64,000 nucleotides of DNA from Desulfatiglandales bacterium (lineage in GTDB: Bacteria; Desulfobacterota; DSM-4660; Desulfatiglandales; HGW-15): positions 1,504,001 through 1,568,000 of the forward strand of contig CAXXJJ010000004.1 in assembly GCA_963667015.2 (NCBI GenBank). The letters are read 5' to 3'. The notes beneath the pieces were generated by a model. That model saw only the letters and a program-made list of their open reading frames with translations. It was not told where the DNA came from and made no database searches. The position numbers and the translations under genes are program-made. Shown in pieces: positions 62,416-64,000 of this stretch (the first letter of the stretch is position 1; each line of letters begins with the position of its first letter).

Positions 62416-63270
62416 ATGGATAATAAATTCTCTCGACGTGAAGTACTTGGACTCGGACTTGGGGCGGCCGCTCTTGGAGCCTACGGTATTGCGAATGCAG
62501 CTACAGGTAATGAAAAGAAGAACGAACCGGATTCAGCTTTTAGCAAATACAATAAATATGGAGAAGATCTTGAAAGAATTCTGCTTCTGCGTTCTTCTCC
62601 TATAGCAGTAAAAATGCTTGAAAAGGAGAGTGATATTCCTGAAGGTGCAATGAGGCCCAAGAAGGATCAGGGGCAGCATCTTGCGCAATGCCAAGCCTTT
62701 GCAATGTCCAGGCGCGATAAAACCACGGTTGCCATGCTAAAGGAAGATCACTGGTGTCCTACTGCTGTCATGGCCTATGGACTGGTGAAAAAACCGGAAT
62801 CTGTTGACAAATGGTCTCACCCCTATGACTGCTTCGAATATGGGAAATATATAGGCATAGTCTCTGCACCTTTAATAGGCGCAAACTTTACACCCGATCT
62901 GGTTCTTATCCATGCCAAACCATCTCAACTTCGTTCCCTTCTTCTAACCATGAAAAAAGAAGATGTCCCGGAGGTGAGACATCACTTCTTTCCGCCTTCA
63001 TGCGGATGGCCTGTTGTAAATCCCATGAGAGACGGCAAATACTGGATTGTACTTCCTGATCCGGGTGAATACCAGAGGGCGCTTACCGATGAGGGAGACC
63101 TGATCTTTTCTATCCCGCATGTAAAATTAGAGGAAATGATGGCGGGCCTGAGAAAGAATGAACATGGTTCTTTCTCCTATCGTGACCATCAGATGTTCAT
63201 GCAGACCGATTTTCCTCTGCCTGAATTTTACAAGAATATGTTTAAAGGCTGGGGAATGGATACTGAATAG
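62416..63270 (+). CDS. DUF169 family protein with Tat-like leader
   Basis: SRREVL; SPIAVK, CQAF, CPTA, PDLVLIH. Confidence 0.82.
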   Translation: MDNKFSRREVLGLGLGAAALGAYGIANAATGNEKKNEPDSAFSKYNKYGEDLERILLLRSSPIAVKMLEKESDIPEGAMRPKKDQGQHLAQCQAFAMSRRDKTTVAMLKEDHWCPTAVMAYGLVKKPESVDKWSHPYDCFEYGKYIGIVSAPLIGANFTPDLVLIHAKPSQLRSLLLTMKKEDVPEVRHHFFPPSCGWPVVNPMRDGKYWIVLPDPGEYQRALTDEGDLIFSIPHVKLEEMMAGLRKNEHGSFSYRDHQMFMQTDFPLPEFYKNMFKGWGMDTE

Positions 63271-63288
63271 ATACAGGATTAAGAAACC

Positions 63289-63325
63289 CATTCAATGACA
63301 TATAAGCCTAATATGTCATTGAATG
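63289..63325. repeat. Perfect 15-bp inverted repeat (terminator-like hairpin or operator)
   Basis: CATTCAATGACATAT-N7-ATATGTCATTGAATG. Confidence 0.55.
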
Positions 63326-63408
63326 CCCCCGCGGAGTTTATGTAGATAAACGTCTGATTCGTGCCATAAAACCTTTAGCATAAAATGCAAAAACGGAGGT
63401 ACTGACAG

Positions 63409-64000
63409 ATGAAAGACATAAAAAATATTCGAAAAAATGAAGAAGGTATTTTTTTGAACCGCCGTGACTTTATCAAGGTAACAGGTACCGGTATTTTTGT
63501 GTTCTTCACTATCGGCAGTATAGACATTTTTGCCCAGCGGAGGGGTTTTGGTAATGATTACCCAACGGATTTTAACGCCTACCTCAGAATCAGTGAAGAC
63601 GGACGCATATCATGTTTTTCCGGTAAAATAGAGATGGGCCAGGGAATTATAACCTCGCTGGCCCAGATGCTGGCTGAAGAACTGGATGTGGAATTATCAT
63701 CTGTAGACATGATAATGGGTGATACCCTTTTATGCCCGTTTGACTTTGCCACTGTAGGCTCCAGAAGCACTAAATATTTTGGCCCTCCGCTGAGAAAGGC
63801 CGCTGCTGAGGCAAGGTCTGTCCTGATCAGCCTGGCGGCGGAAAAACTCAATGTTAAACCTGACAGGCTTTATACTGAAAATGGAATTATCAGGGACAGG
63901 GAAAACCCAAAGATAAATATTACCTACGCGTCGATCGCCAGAGGAAAAACTATCGAAAGACACCTTAAGGAAGGGGATATCAGGATTAAGCCCCACTCAA
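63409..64000 (+). CDS. Xanthine dehydrogenase family molybdopterin-binding subunit (IorB-like), partial, Tat signal; missing from the ORF track
   Basis: GGAGG RBS; NRRDFIK, YLRISEDG, GKIEMGQGIITSLAQMLAEEL, TVGSRST, LRKAAAEAR. Confidence 0.9.
   Translation, partial: MKDIKNIRKNEEGIFLNRRDFIKVTGTGIFVFFTIGSIDIFAQRRGFGNDYPTDFNAYLRISEDGRISCFSGKIEMGQGIITSLAQMLAEELDVELSSVDMIMGDTLLCPFDFATVGSRSTKYFGPPLRKAAAEARSVLISLAAEKLNVKPDRLYTENGIIRDRENPKINITYASIARGKTIERHLKEGDIRIKPHS

Noticed and set aside
1..64000. Global stop-codon reassignment (code 4/25 or TAG recoding)
   Set aside because: Many genes end normally at TGA or TAG at family-typical C-termini, TGG is used for Trp, and in-frame TGAs fall at Cys-type positions

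Overview
About 64 kb of bacterial DNA. Gene content (TRAP, TonB receptors, Tat proteins, molybdoenzymes, sigma54 sites) suggests an anaerobic Desulfobacterota/deltaproteobacterium; this is inference. The ORF track fragments many genes because several in-frame TGA codons sit at Cys-equivalent positions and are followed by SECIS-like hairpins, i.e. selenocysteine. The main signal is a minus-strand mer-like cluster at 1-2106. It contains a MerB-like lyase with both catalytic Cys replaced by Sec, a lipoprotein ending U-D-(U), a MerF-like membrane protein with a tandem U-U pair and a C-terminal U-G-(U), and a truncated lipoprotein that may be MerP/HMA-like. Three more probable selenoproteins occur: two UGSC-family proteins and a secreted BNR/YCF48-like propeller. 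Also present: an integrase-less integron cassette array (about 13.8-21.6 kb) with an attI-like end and MITEs at attC sites, a pyrogallol-transhydroxylase-like molybdoenzyme, a molybdate ABC locus, a TRAP transporter, an IS630 inserted in a TonB-dependent receptor, two genes with in-frame TAG, and a conserved ~480-nt leader in front of both TonB receptors. All family calls come from motif recognition by eye; no database searches were run.
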